From the NCBI GenBank assembly GCA_002269645.1, contig NIVC01002700.1, forward strand, positions 1 to 64,000: a stretch of 64,000 nt of DNA. Reading direction: 5' to 3'. Positions 1 through 32,320 of the stretch are shown here, piece by piece. Source of the DNA: Macrostomum lignano (lineage: Eukaryota). How positions within the stretch are numbered: position 1 is the stretch's first letter; every line of letters starts with the position of its first letter. The position numbers and the translations under genes are program-made. The notes under the pieces are model-generated. The model was given only the letters and a program-made list of their open reading frames with translations, was not told where the DNA came from and made no database searches.

Positions 1-214
1 TTTAAAAGTACGCAGTATTCAACAGAGTTTGGCTTCAGGTTATGTAGGGTTCAGTGGCGTACGAAGGTATTTTAATTGGTTGGCATTCTTGTCTCTAGTA
101 GAGGCTGCGGTTCTGTGTACAGCCTGGCGCACTTTAAGCGACATTGTCACACAACGGCCAGCGGTATTTCTGGCACCATGGCACATCAAGCGCTGCGCTA
201 GACTGCTAGCGACG

Positions 215-720
215 TCCCCCTATCTCTTGGGTGGCGCCCCTGTCTCTTGGTGGGCGCCCTGTCTCTTGTGGCGGCCCTGTCTCTTGGTGGCGGTCCTGTC
301 TCTTGGTGGGCGGCCCTGTCTCTTGGTGGGCGGCCCTGTCTCTTGGTGGGCGGCCCTGTCTCTTGGTGGGCGGCCCTGTCTCTTGGTGGGCGGCCCTGTC
401 TCTTGGTGGGCGGCCCTGTCTCTTGGTGGGCGGCCCTGTCTTTTGGTGGGCCCTGTCTTTTGGTGGGGGCCCTGTCTCTTGGTGGGCGTCCCTGTCTCTT
501 GGTGGGCGTCCCTGTCTCTTGGTGGGCGCCCTGTCTCTTGGTGGGCGGCCCTGTCTCTTGGTGGGCGGCCCTGTCTCTTGGTGGGCGGCCCTGTCTCTTG
601 GTGGGCGGCTCTGTCTTTTGGTGGGCTGCCCTGTCTTTTGGTGGCGGCCCTGTCTCTTGGTGGGCGGCCCCTGTCTCTTGTTGGGTGCCCCTGTCTCTTG
701 TTGGGTGCCCCTGTCTCTCA
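215..720 (+). repeat. 20-bp G-rich minisatellite (CCCTGTCTCTTGGTGGGCGG), ~25 copies
   Basis: Direct reading of tandem units. Confidence 0.95.
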
Positions 721-909
721 GTGGTTGCAGAGTCTGAGGTGGTTCAAGGTAGCCACTAAAGCACAGAAGCCCGGGACGGGTCATGTTAACCCACCGAAGC
801 AATGGGAAGCAAGTCGATGGGTAGGTCAATGAGCTTACGAGATTTCCTCAGCATTTCTATGAACTTCAATGCAGATTTTTATCTAAATATTAGTTAATAA
901 AAAACTCAC

Positions 910-9705
<8,796 letters not shown>

Positions 9706-10985
9706 GAGTTTTTGGGGCGGTCATGAAATTTAAAATTAGTGAGCATTAAATAGTTGACATTTAATGGACTATAATTAATAATATTCAGAATTGGTGTTAA
9801 CATTCAGAGTTCAATAAGTGTAATAATATATATTCATAAATTCTGCTTCAGTCACTAAAGCAGTATGTATTATAGTGAAAAACTGTATTATAATGTAGTC
9901 ATGTCATAACAAAGCCTTCCTTCGTTATTTTTTGGCAAAATTAAAGCCAGAAAAATACAAATGTTTTCAGTAAAGGGAGTGAAATATTCCAGTTAATATA
10001 TATTAATAATAATAATTGATAGATTATTATTAATAAATATTTCAGTTCTCAGGGCTGGAAGTGAAATATTCCAGCCCTTTGCAAGCTTTTATGAAAGTTC
10101 AAGAAAGTTTAAAAACAAGGAATCCATGCTATTTTCAAACAAATTTAAGATGTTTACTTATATTGAGGCTTATATAATCGATAATCGCAGCTTAATCCAT
10201 AAGATGATATCAACTCAAAATCTAAACTTGCTCATAAACTGATCGGCACAGCCTGTAGTACGAGTGTACAACATTACACTAAAAGCGTCTTTTTAGTCAT
10301 TCTTTCAAAATACTGAACTGCTTACTATACATATACATATACTCTCTGTTATATTTATATACTCGAAAGTACTGATTGATTTGACTAACAACTGATCTCA
10401 CCTGAAATTTGACTGAAAAAGTAACTAAAATTGGTGATAGCAAAACAAATGCACAAAGAAATGGCATCAAACGAGTTAAACCTATAATTTTGTTATCAAA
10501 ATTAAACCATTTGAAAGACGATTATATTAAAAAATTTTACTGCAATGCAATCAATATTTGCAATTATAATGGTTGCTATATAGACCAATAGACCAAGATT
10601 TGAAGTGATCAGCACTGATCGTAAAAAGTAAATTATTGCGTGCGTTTTAAATTTTTATACTAAATGTTTACATGATTTTTATCATAGCAACCATTATAAC
10701 AAGTTGTTTATAGTTATGAAATTGTCTACGTTTTTCGTATACTTTTTTTGTAACAGAAACAGTTTTAATATTTATTTATTTATTAAATAAATTTCTAACG
10801 CTTATATTTTTGTAACTTTTTTGTTTCTAGCTACTCGTTCCACAATTCGTCATAGTTTTTACTCAGGTTTTGTGCATCTTTATAAAGTTTACTTTTGAGC
10901 ATCTTTTATTGTCACGCAAAAATATCTCCACACTAATCGCACCACATTATTATAGAAGTGTTCACTGTAATATTAAGCAATAAAA
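9706..10985. promoter_or_regulatory. Putative bidirectional promoter with two RFX X-box-like motifs
   Basis: 1280-bp AT-rich, repeat-free spacer between divergent ATGs. GTTGCTATATAGAC at 10572-10585 and TTTATCATAGCAAC at 10678-10691, each about one mismatch from GTHNYYATRRNAAC. Confidence 0.5.
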
Positions 10986-21340
<10,355 letters not shown>

Positions 21341-21649
21341 TTTCGGTCATTTATTGCGTTAAAAAACTCCACTTCAAAAACAGTTTCCTTTAAATTTGAG
21401 ATTCTTTTATTCTTCTCTATAAGGAAAATTAAATATGTTCATATCACACTACTAGCGCTGTGGCATAGAAAGTAGACCCAACGAATATACGAGTTATTTT
21501 ATCAACAGCTTTGGAAATGTCTTCACAACTTTATGATATTGTAAACTTTTTTTGAAAAACTACACTCCAAGTTTTACCGATTTTCTAAATACAGCAGGGA
21601 TTGAAAATTTATTCGTCAGACTTTGGTAACTTGTTCGCTTATTTTTCAA

Positions 21650-22130
21650 TCGAATTTCCCTCTGCCCTATCTTCCCCATTGTTTCCTTCCCTCCCCTATC
21701 TTCCCCATTCTTTCCTTCCTCCCTCACCTTCCCCATTCTTTCCTTCCCCCCTTCCCCCTTTCCTTCCCTCCCCTACCTTCCCCATTCTTTCCTTCCCTCC
21801 CCTACCTTCCCCATTCTTTCCTTCCCTCCCCTACCTTCCCCATTCTTTCCTTCCCTCCCCTACCTTCCCAATTCTTTCCTTATCTCCCCCAATCTTTCCC
21901 ATTACTTCCTTCCCTCCCTCCCTTATCTTCCCCACTCTTTCCTTCCCTCCCCTACCTTCCCCATTCTTTCCTTCCCTCCCCTACCTTCCCCATTCTTTCC
22001 TTCCCTCCCCTACCTTCCCCATTCTTTCCTTCCCTCCCCTACCTTCCCAATTCTTTCCTTATCTCCCCCAATCTTTCCCATTACTTCCTTCCCTCCCTCC
22101 CTTATCTTCCCCATTGTCTTTTCCTCTCTT
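21650..22130 (+). repeat. Polypyrimidine ~29-bp repeat (TCCCTCCCCTACCTTCCCCATTCTTTCCT)
   Basis: Direct reading. Confidence 0.93.
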
Positions 22131-22224
22131 CCGTATCTTACTCATTCTTTGCTTATCTAAAATGTAAGATATAAAGAATATAATCTAAAATAAAAAATAT
22201 AACCTAAAATATAAAACATGTATA

Positions 22225-22400
22225 CGCTTCTATGCGGTTTAAAAAATCGGCTCACCCAATCAGAATCGACGTATTCCATTATAAAAAATAGGCTCAGCCA
22301 ATCAGAATCGACGTGCTTCACTATAAAAAATTGGTTTAGCCAATCAGAATCGAGGTTTTTCACTATAACAAATCGCGGGCCAGTTGGTTGCTTTTTAAAC
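22225..22400 (+). repeat. ~42-bp repeat, 3-4 copies, each carrying CCAATCAGAATCGA
   Basis: aaaaaat(a/c/t)gg.t.a(g/c)ccaatcagaatcga units. Confidence 0.85.
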
Positions 22401-23683
22401 CGTTGATTTTTCCTGCATGCGAAGATTGCCCTGAACTGCAAAATCTGGATTGAGAAGACTGCGACATCTTACCCAACCAAGGGACATCAAGTTAGATGAC
22501 ACCATCCTTTTTTGAGGCAGAAATTCCGTATTCTAATACTATGAGTAGCTTGTTCTTCCTGCATCGGAATTACCAAGAATTCACCAGCTAAGAGCCTGAG
22601 AGAGTTTGCAGCCATACTTATAACAGAAATAACAAAGTTCTTAGAAAACACACCATAGAAAAACATTTATAAAACAGAAGCCTGCACAAAAAGCATGAAT
22701 TATATTGATTTTGTGCGATCGATGGATAGTTAATCATTAAATTTTAATGTATATAATTGTATATATATGTATATACTTAGTGCAAAATACATCATGGACA
22801 AAGATGTGCTACTTACAGTTATTGTGATAAGTAGTATATATAGTTCTATTTTTCATTAATAACGGAGAAATGATAGTCTACAGGGATTTAAAAAATTAGA
22901 AAAAAGCGCGCATGTAAGAGCTAACAGTCAAATTACAAAAATATGTTTATTAAAATTAGAATGATTGAATAACAGATTGATGGGAGACAGACAAGGAAGG
23001 GGAGAGCTCGCACCAATATTCAAACTGAATTTGCAGGAATTAATTTCCACACCGCATGGCATGGGAGGCTGGCTGGTCGAATTTCAAATTAATGAGAAAA
23101 TAAATTTTACAAAACAAACTGAAGATACGCGACATGTACTACTACTGATACAGCTACAAATCGAATCGGTCATCAGTAGTATGCATGCATATTAAAAAAT
23201 GATGAATTATTTTCCAATCGTTACAGACTACTAAGAGAATACGATACGAGAGTAGTAAAGTTGGATGGAAACTATTATTATTATTTAAGGGCGCAAATGA
23301 TTAAACTAGGTCAAACTTATGCACACATCAAACGATTCTTTAAAATTACAATAAAGTGAATTAAGCTAATGATTTTTATGGCTTTTAAAATAGAGATCTT
23401 GTTTGTTTCTACATAGATATCGATTTCAATCTTAAACAGTAATGTTTCACTGGCATTAGATTAACTCACTTACAGGAAATATTTTCACTTTCTGGCATGC
23501 ATTTTCAAGATATGCAAAGCTAACAGATTTATCGAGAACTCGTTCGTAGGACAGAATGAAGAAGGCAGCGGGAATCTTGGATGGACAAACAGTTCATATA
23601 AACACAACATGTTAATTTAGTTTGATAATTTCAAGTTGGAGTTTTTTTTTCAATTTTTTTATTGTCCTTCGTCGAAAAAAGGT

Positions 23684-23869
23684 CTACGCCGCAACTTCGC
23701 CGTTGGTTCGCTCGTCGGCGAAGGCGATCTCGCCCTCATTCTCGTCCCGATCAAGTGACGGGTTGCTGCGCAAAAAGTTGGCAATGTTACCGTAGGACAG
23801 GCTGTTGTTAGTTGAACGCTTATCAAAATCAGCGTCCAAGCCCATTCGGAAGGCGTTCACTACTCGGAT
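23684..23869 (-). CDS. ATP2B: PMCA distal terminal exon, b-like ([15 protein letters not shown]...GEVAA*)
   Basis: ctcacaaacag|ATCCGAGTAGTGAACGCCTTCCGA; 62 codons to TAG. Confidence 0.92.
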   Translation of the reverse strand: MRVVNAFRMGLDADFDKRSTNNSLSYGNIANFLRSNPSLDRDENEGEIAFADERTNGEVAA

Positions 23870-26800
23870 CTGTTTGTGAGTAGTATGAATAGATTGTTGA
23901 TTTAGACGTTTTGTTCTGTGTCAAGTTTAAAGTACAGAAATGGTTCATTTCTCTGACAACATGCGAAATGGACTGCTTACACATTTGTTAACTTTTTGTG
24001 TAAAAAATTACACTTTAACAACAGATAGAATAGAATCTAGGAGGATCTGGTAGGAGGTTTTGCACTAGAACGTGGATGCACGCACAGTCTAAGGTGGAAC
24101 TGGAACGGAGGCATACCAAACTGGCATATGGTGAGAATATTTATTTTTAAACAATTTTTTTTACGAGTCAAAATCAGTTTACACAACAAACTTTCATTGA
24201 AGCATTTAGATTAAAACGCTTCATAGGATACAGTGTGGGTGTCTGTGTGTGTGTTATCAACGGGTCTTCACACTAAATTATCTACACATCGGCAGGTAAT
24301 AATAATATTTCACTGTTGCTTTAGAACGACAAGTTGCAGTAGTGCCGCTGATCATTGCGATCATTAAACAAACAAGCGAGGCGCGAAAAAACACACAAAA
24401 AAGCTGGCGTGACGACGAATGAACATTTTTTTGTTTGTTTGCTTTCGCAAGCTGCGGTGCGGCAACAGTCTCCGTGTATGCAAGGGATTATTGCTTAATA
24501 CCTGAAAATTTTGCCGCCTGCAGAAGACAATCGATAAGCAGAGGTTGTCAGGCGAATCGCGACCAATTAGAACGACCGGATTGACTTCTTTGTGTTGTAG
24601 CGATTATTTTTTATTCTTTTTTAGTTTCATGGGGTCTCTTCTTTCTATTTGATGTGACGACCAGCGTAGTGAAGAGTTGCTTTTTTGTTATTCAGCAATA
24701 TGTTTCTTTTTGACAAACACAATACTATAAAACAGTTATTACAACATTGCATTTACTGTTTGAAGCCAACTAAAGCTAGATTTACAGTACTGTGGATGTC
24801 ATACGTGTACACATAGTAATGTAACAGTATGTCATTTTTGCGTATTCTATTCAATAAGCCCGAATGGAGATTTGCAAGGACAAACAATTCAAAACCAGAA
24901 ACAGATTTTTTGCTCGAGACTTGATTCATTTCTCATCATCTACTAATAGGGTAGAAAGAGAAGTATATGTAGCTGATGAGCTGAATTATAGTCTAAACTG
25001 GTTATTTTCTTTCCTGAGCAAATGTCTTTACATAAATACTCGTAGCTCAAGAGTTCCCTAAATTCAAAGTTTTAGTTTGTTTTTAAGCGGACAAACTTGC
25101 GAAAGTTTTTCATGTGTCCGTTTAAGAAGAGAGTGTAATAAGAATTTTTTTTGCCCTAGAGATTGGCGGTCAAGACTAGTTGACGAAGACGGTGAACCGG
25201 TTCTAACCTCAGTTTAACTGCTTCCTTTCGAATTAGCAACACCTTGCATAGTTCTCCATTCGGGCAAAAACCTGCTGCTCTCTGCTTTAATCTTCAGATT
25301 ATTTATCATTCAAAGCCTGCGTCGAGGCGGACGGCGACGAAGAAGCTGTGGTTGTCATGGTAGCCGGACCAACAGGGCTATTCATAGCTCGACAAGCGAC
25401 CAGAGGCATATTTTCTATCGGACGAAGACTCGATTGTTGAGATGACGAAGAGATTCCTTCAATTAATTTATTGTTAGGAGAATCCGCATTCTCTACAGCT
25501 GGTATACACGAACTGGCTGGTCCATAGAAAGCTTTGGGATGCGTGTTGGAGCGCTGGCTGGGATTCGTCAGACGGCGTCTGCGCAGTTCAATGATTAACT
25601 CCTGCTGCTGGTCATCGAGTCCGTCTACGGTGCTCTTGAAGGCGCGGACTACGCGCAGCTGGATGGATACGTTTGTTTGAGATTTGTCTGTCTGTTTTCT
25701 TGTATTTTAAAAAATCAAAATCATGCTTGAAATGTCTGTGTGATCCATGAGATTTCATGTACTCATTAATCTGAGTATGTGATCCATGAGATTTCATGTA
25801 CTCATGAATCTTAGTATGATCCATGAGATTTTATGCACTCAAATCTGAGTATATGATCCATGAGATTTTATACACTCAAATCTGAGTATGTGATCCATGA
25901 GATTTTATGTACTCAGAAATCTGAGTATATAATCCATGAGATTCCATGTACTCATAAATCTCAGTATGATCCATGAGATTTCATGTACTCATAAATATCA
26001 GTATGATCAATGAGATTTCATGTACTCATAAATCTGAGTATATGATCCATGAGATTTCATGTACTCATAAATCTGAGTATATGATCCATGAGATTTCATG
26101 TACTCATAAATCTGAGTATATGATCCATGAGATTTCATGTACTCATAAATCTGAGTATGTGATCCATGAGATTTCATGTACTCATAAATCTGAGTATATG
26201 ATCCATGAGATTTCATGTACTCATAAATCTGAGTATGTGATCCATGAGATTTCATGTACTCATAAATCTGAGTATGTGATCCATGAGATTTCATGTACTC
26301 ATAAATCTGAGTATATGATCCATGAGATTTCATGTACTCATAAATCTGAGTATGTGATCCATGAGATTTCATGTACTCATAAATCTGAGTATGTGATCCA
26401 TGAGATTTCATGTACTCATAAATCTGAGTATGTGATCCATGAGATTTCATGTACTCATAAATCTGAGTATATGATCCATGAGATTTCATGTACTCATAAA
26501 TCTGAGTATGTGATCCATGAGATTTCATGTACTCATAAATCTGAGTATGTGATCCATGAGATTTCATGTACTCATAAATCTGAGTATGATTATAAAAAGT
26601 AAAGAGTTGTGAATTCTGGTTAAAGTCCGTAAAAGACAAGTTTAAAACTTCACATCCGTATTGACTTCGCATGCACTCACATCTTTGATTGAATTCTAAA
26701 CAGAAAAAAAAGTATTAGAAACCGTAAAATATTGAAACATCCAGTTCAGTTAATGCAGAATAATTTCTTATCAATTTTTATCAAAGCAATTTCATCTAGA

Positions 26801-28422
26801 ACAGTATTTAAACTGTTCAAAAACGGTGACAGTAAGTGTAGTAAATTATTTTTTTACTTTGTGAACTACCTTATATACTACTGTATCAGTAACTAGGCTG
26901 CTACCTAGATCGCATTCTGATTCTGAACAAGATTCACATGTCAGTGCACCAGAAGAACCATTGTAGAACAACATCGTAATAATAAACAACTCTAATTTTA
27001 CTATCAATAAACACTTCTACTATTAGTAATATTATTAGTATTCGATTTCTGTGACAACCTTAAATATTTTTAACTATTTTATGGTCGACTGTTTAACCTT
27101 TTAATTAGTAAAACAAATATTTTCACGGCAGGTAGCGGGGAGGTAGGGACGCAAGCTTTACTGACTACTGCCATTCCAAATGCCAAACGTGTAGCTATTA
27201 ATAAGTCTTGCATACTCAAAATATACTACTCAATTAGTAGTAAGTACTTACTGTTTGCATCTGCAGTGAAGAAAGTTAGCAAATTAAAGAAATAATATTT
27301 AATATAAACAACAAAATAAAATTTAAACAAATAAAGTAAACAAAAACTGACTAAAGTGCTTTCATTAGAGGAAAACTGAGATAGCTTGTTAGGAAATCTT
27401 TTAACATACCAATTTAATGCCTTAATCGATTCAATTATTAGTTTCTGTCTTTTTAAAAAGTTACTTTTGACTTTAACTAAAGGTCTGTTTAAACACGGGA
27501 ATATGCGGGAGAATTATTTTGCAGTGTATATATTGGTACAATTTGCATAAACGGCCGATATGTAGCGAAAAAAACTTTCAACGCTACGAAATGAAATACA
27601 GAAAAAAAATAACTGTGCGTTTGGGGTTTAAGTAAAATATACCACTAGACATGAAGAATACAATCGACTAATCAATAATCAAGTGAAAATTTGTCATTGT
27701 TATGTAAATAACGGTTGCGCGAAAAAAAACTAAAAAAGCACTAATACTAAATATACTACTGCTAAGACTGACCAGTAACACGATGTAAACATTAAATGTT
27801 GTTTGTTTACACACACACATATCTATATAATTAGATGTCACAAGATTTGGATGGAATCAACCCGAAGACTCTTGATCAACAAAGAAACAAATTTAAAAAG
27901 CAACTTTGAGCTGAAGTAGAGGGACAAAATTAAAACAAAAATATGCACAGTTTGTAACAAAAAAAGTAACCTCAATGTTATTAGGCGCAAAATTTGCTAA
28001 AGAAACCTTAAAAAGCATGAAGGCTTGAAGCACTAGAAATGTATTCAACACAGGGCATAAAAAATAAACTAAACAGAAAAAACCATTTTAAAGCATACAA
28101 TTTTTATTTCTTTTGAGGTCTCGAAAATAGCGTGAGATAAAAGACTCGATAAGTTACTGCGCCGTTAATTTATGCGAATTGGAGAATGGAAGATTAGCAT
28201 AGACTGTGCGAGATTTCAGATACACAGAACAGACAGACAGACAGACAGGCAGGCAGACAGACAGACAGACAGACAGACAGGCAGACAGACAGACAGGCAG
28301 ACAGACAGACAGACAGACAGACAGACAGGCAGACAGACAGACAGACAGACAGACAGACAGGCAGACAGACAGACAGACAGACAGACAGACAGGCAGACAG
28401 ACAGACAGGCAGAAAGACAGAC

Positions 28423-28467
<45 letters not shown>

Positions 28468-31400
28468 GGCAGACAGAGAAAGAGAGGTGATGGAGAGGCA
28501 ACACGGGCCACTCCAACATCCCAGAGGTCTCAGGGCAACCCAGAGCAGGCGGGAGGCAAAGCAGGACAGAAGCCGGAGTCACAGCCCCCCTCCCTGCAAC
28601 TGAAGCCTGAGCAGCAGTCTAAACCCGCTCGGCACTATTCCTTCTGCTAGTCCCGTCGGCTGAGCTGCCGTCCTTGTCGATGCCAACTGAGCCAGCGGCA
28701 GCGGTCGCAGCTCCGTGATTGGCTGCTCCCGCCGAGCCGGAGCCGATGCTAGAAATGGTCATTCTGCGCTCCTCAATTTGGCGCAGAGTGGAAGCCATCC
28801 AAGGCTCGATGGAGCGCATGTCGTCCACCATGCGACGCTGGAATTTGTGAAAGGCGGAAAAGCTGAGAGACTGGGATTGGCGGAAGAAATGAAGATCGGG
28901 ATTACATATGATAGGAAAACCAGTTTTATTTTATTCAAAACCTTTTTTATTTTATAATTTTATTGCTATACGAATGTGCTAACTTTCCTGAACTGTGTAA
29001 CACCCTTTTCCTCAGTCTGTGCACCCTCTTCTGTAGTGTTTGTGCACCCTCTTCTCTAGTCTGTACACCCTCTTCTCTAGTCTGTACACCCTCTTCTCTA
29101 GTCTGCACACCCTCTTCTCTAGTCTGAACACCCTCTTCTCTAGTCTGAACACCCTCTTCTCTAGTCTTTACACCCTCTTCTCTAGTCTGTACACCCTCTT
29201 CTCTAGTCTGAACACCATCTTCTTTAGTCTGTACACCCTCTTCTCTAGTCTGCACACCCTGTTCTCTAGTGTTTGTGCACCCTCTTCTCTAGTCTGCACA
29301 CCCTCTTCTCTAGTGTTTGTGCACCCTCTTCTCTAGTCTGAACACCATCTTCTTTAGTCTGTACACCTTCTTCTCTAGTCTGTACACCCTCGTCTCTAGT
29401 CTGTACACCCTCTTCTCTAGTCTGTACACCCTATTCTCTAGTTTGTACACCCTCTTCTCTAGTCTGTACACCTTCTTCTCTAGTCTGTACAACCTCTTCT
29501 CTAGTGTTTGTGCACCCTCTTCTCTAGTGTTTGTACACCCTCTTCTCTAGTGTTTGTACACCCTCTTCTCTAGTGTTTGTACACCCTCTTCTCTAGTGTT
29601 TGTGCACCCTCTTCTCTAGTGTTTGTGCACCCTCTTCTCTAGTGTTTGTGCACCCTCTTCTCTAGTTTTTGTGCACCCTCTTCTCTAGTCTGTACACCCT
29701 CTTCTCTAGTCTGTACACCCTCTTCTCTAGTCTGTACACCCTCTTCTCTAGTCTGTACACCCTCTTCTCTAGTCTGTACACCTTCTTCTCTAGTCTGTAC
29801 ACCCTCTTCTCTAGTCTGTACACCCTCTTCTCTAGTGTTTGTGCACCCTCTTCTCTAGTCTGAACACCATCTTCTTTAGTCTGTAAACCATCTTCTTTAG
29901 TCTGTACACCCTCTTCTCTAGTCTGTACACCCTCGTCTCTAGTCTGTACACCCTCTTCTCTAGTCTGTACACCCTCGTCTCTAGTCTGTACACCCTCTTC
30001 TCTAGTCTGTACACCCTCTTCTCTAGTCTGTACAACCTCTTCTCTAGTGTTTGTGCACCCTCTTCTCTCTTCTGTACACATTCATTTCGTCCTCTGCATA
30101 CTCGTACCCTCCTTACCCTATTTGTCCATTAAGGTTCCGGTTCTCTGCTTATACTCTAAACACAATCCCTAAGAGAAACAGTTTATTAATAAATAAACAA
30201 GAAATCAAGAGATAACTAATGACAGTTGCATTGCCTAGTGCCTAGTACAAAGATGGTTTTTAAAGCCTTACTAATATTATCTCTCTAGCTTATGAAGAAA
30301 CTGTATGCAGAAAGGCAGCTGTGCACTTTACACTAAAGAGCTGTAATCTAAACTTCATTAGTGAAATTTTGACTAGAAATTCCTGTACAAGGATAATAGC
30401 CAATTAATTCAAAACTAGCTAATAGTTATAGTTGAGATTTTCAGATTTAGTTTTTAATATATTAAAGTGACAACAATAATGTCTAATCAGTGTTATTTAA
30501 GTAGCTACTATAAATAATAATATAATGATACACAACATAAAAAATAATATAGCTACGTGACTAAATATATACAATCAATATAATATATGTAAAAAAATAA
30601 AAAAAATATTTAAATTACACTTACATGGACAATTCTTCGGATTAATAAAGTATTCGCGCGACTGTTGCGTGACCTTGTTTGTCCTTCCGGTGTTTTTTTG
30701 TTTGTTTAAATCGGCGCGCGACTCGGCTAGCAAGCCAACAGCCAACAGTCAAATATAAATAAAATAATAAATAACACACTTTTATTAAATAGTACAACAG
30801 CAAGAGCTTTAGTAGTATGAGTCGATTGTATGAGTAAAAAAGTTGAAATCAAATTAAACAAAACTAAACGCACATTGAAAGCAGCCGGGGGCAGAAAATT
30901 AACAAAAAATGCTCAGCATCGCAGAATGACTTCAGAGACGAGGGGGGGGGGGTACCAGCCCCCATTATCATCATATGACGATTCATTTAAGGCTACTAAA
31001 AATGACTAGAAACATAACTAACTGCTGACAACAGATTTAATAAAACAAGAGCATGCAAAATATCATATGAATTTATTTATTAAAGTTTTTCCTAAATTTG
31101 TTGTCATTTTCAATTGAAACCTAGATATCATTCATCTGGCTTGAATCGATTAAGGCTACTTAAAAATAGATTAACAAATGAAATTTGCTTGCAAGGCATC
31201 AATTAAAAGTAGAAAAAAATCAGTCACTTACCTGAGTCTGCAGCCTAGCTAAACCGCGGATCCACAACACCTGGCCCTTCTTGTTCAGGTCTGTCTCAAC
31301 CTCGCCAAGGCCGCCAACCTGATCGGCATTCTCTTCGTCAAGAATCTGCTCGATCTCTTCTTCTGTGCTGCCGCCGATCTCCAGGCAGGATGGCAGAACA

Positions 31401-32070
31401 CTGATCGGCACACTGATAACCAGCTGGAGGGTGGGATGGGGGCACCGCTGGGATTATGGTGGCATTCTGGGATTCGAAACTTCTCAAGCTCGAGTCTTCT
31501 CAAGCTCGAAACTTCTCAAGCTCGAGTCTTCTCAAGCTCGAATCTTCTCAAGCTCGAAACTTCTCAAGCTCGAGTCTTCTCAAGCTCGAATCTTCTCAAG
31601 CTCGAAACCTCTCAAGCTCGAGTCTTCTCAAGCTCGAATCTTCTCAAGCTCGAAACCTCTCAAGCTCGAATCTTCTCAAGCTCGAATCTTCTCAAGCTCG
31701 AGTCTTTTCAAGGTCGAGTTTTCTCAAGCTTGAAAGTTCTCAAGCTCGAAAATTTACAAGCTCGAAGTTTCACCTTGGCCGAAAAGTTTTAAATAGGTCA
31801 ATGATTCGCAATTTTGATAGTAATAAAATTTTAGAGTTTGCGAAAAAGATTTTACTACTCTGGGTAAGTAAAAAACGCTCACCTGATGCCAAACAAGCGA
31901 CCCGGCGCCGAAGCAGAGGCACCATAGCCAGTGGCTGAGGTCCAGGCCTCTGGTGCGGAACACCATGCCACCAACTTGCACGATTATCACCTGCGATGGG
32001 GGAGTGCAGTTTGGTGTGTCTGTCTGTCTGCCAGTCTGTCTTTCTGTGTCTGTTCGTGTGTGTCTGTCTG

Positions 32071-32124
<54 letters not shown>

Positions 32125-32167
32125 TGTGTGTGTGTCTGTCTGTCTGTCTCTGTCTGTCTGTCTGTCG

Positions 32168-32208
<41 letters not shown>

Positions 32209-32287
32209 CCAGTTTGTTTTTCTGTGTGTGTTTGTGTGTGTGTCTGTCTGTCTGTCTGGTCTGTCTATCTTTCTATGTGTGTGTGCC

Positions 32288-32320
<33 letters not shown>

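Noticed and set aside
134-202. Possible terminal exon for gene 1 (SSAALDVPWCQKYRWPLCDNVA*), and WLP* from the acceptor at ~755
   Set aside because: The 202 acceptor lacks a pyrimidine tract and the alternatives are mutually ambiguous. The gene more likely continues beyond the window. Not excluded.
29-832. Long ORFs on both strands over the 20-bp repeat
   Set aside because: Periodic translation of a minisatellite; no splice-consistent link to a gene.
30117-30155. 39-nt candidate site-C exon (tttag|AGTATAAGC...ATAGG|gtaagg)
   Set aside because: Stops in the usable frames (SISREPEP*). It could be a poison or short-tail exon but support is too weak.
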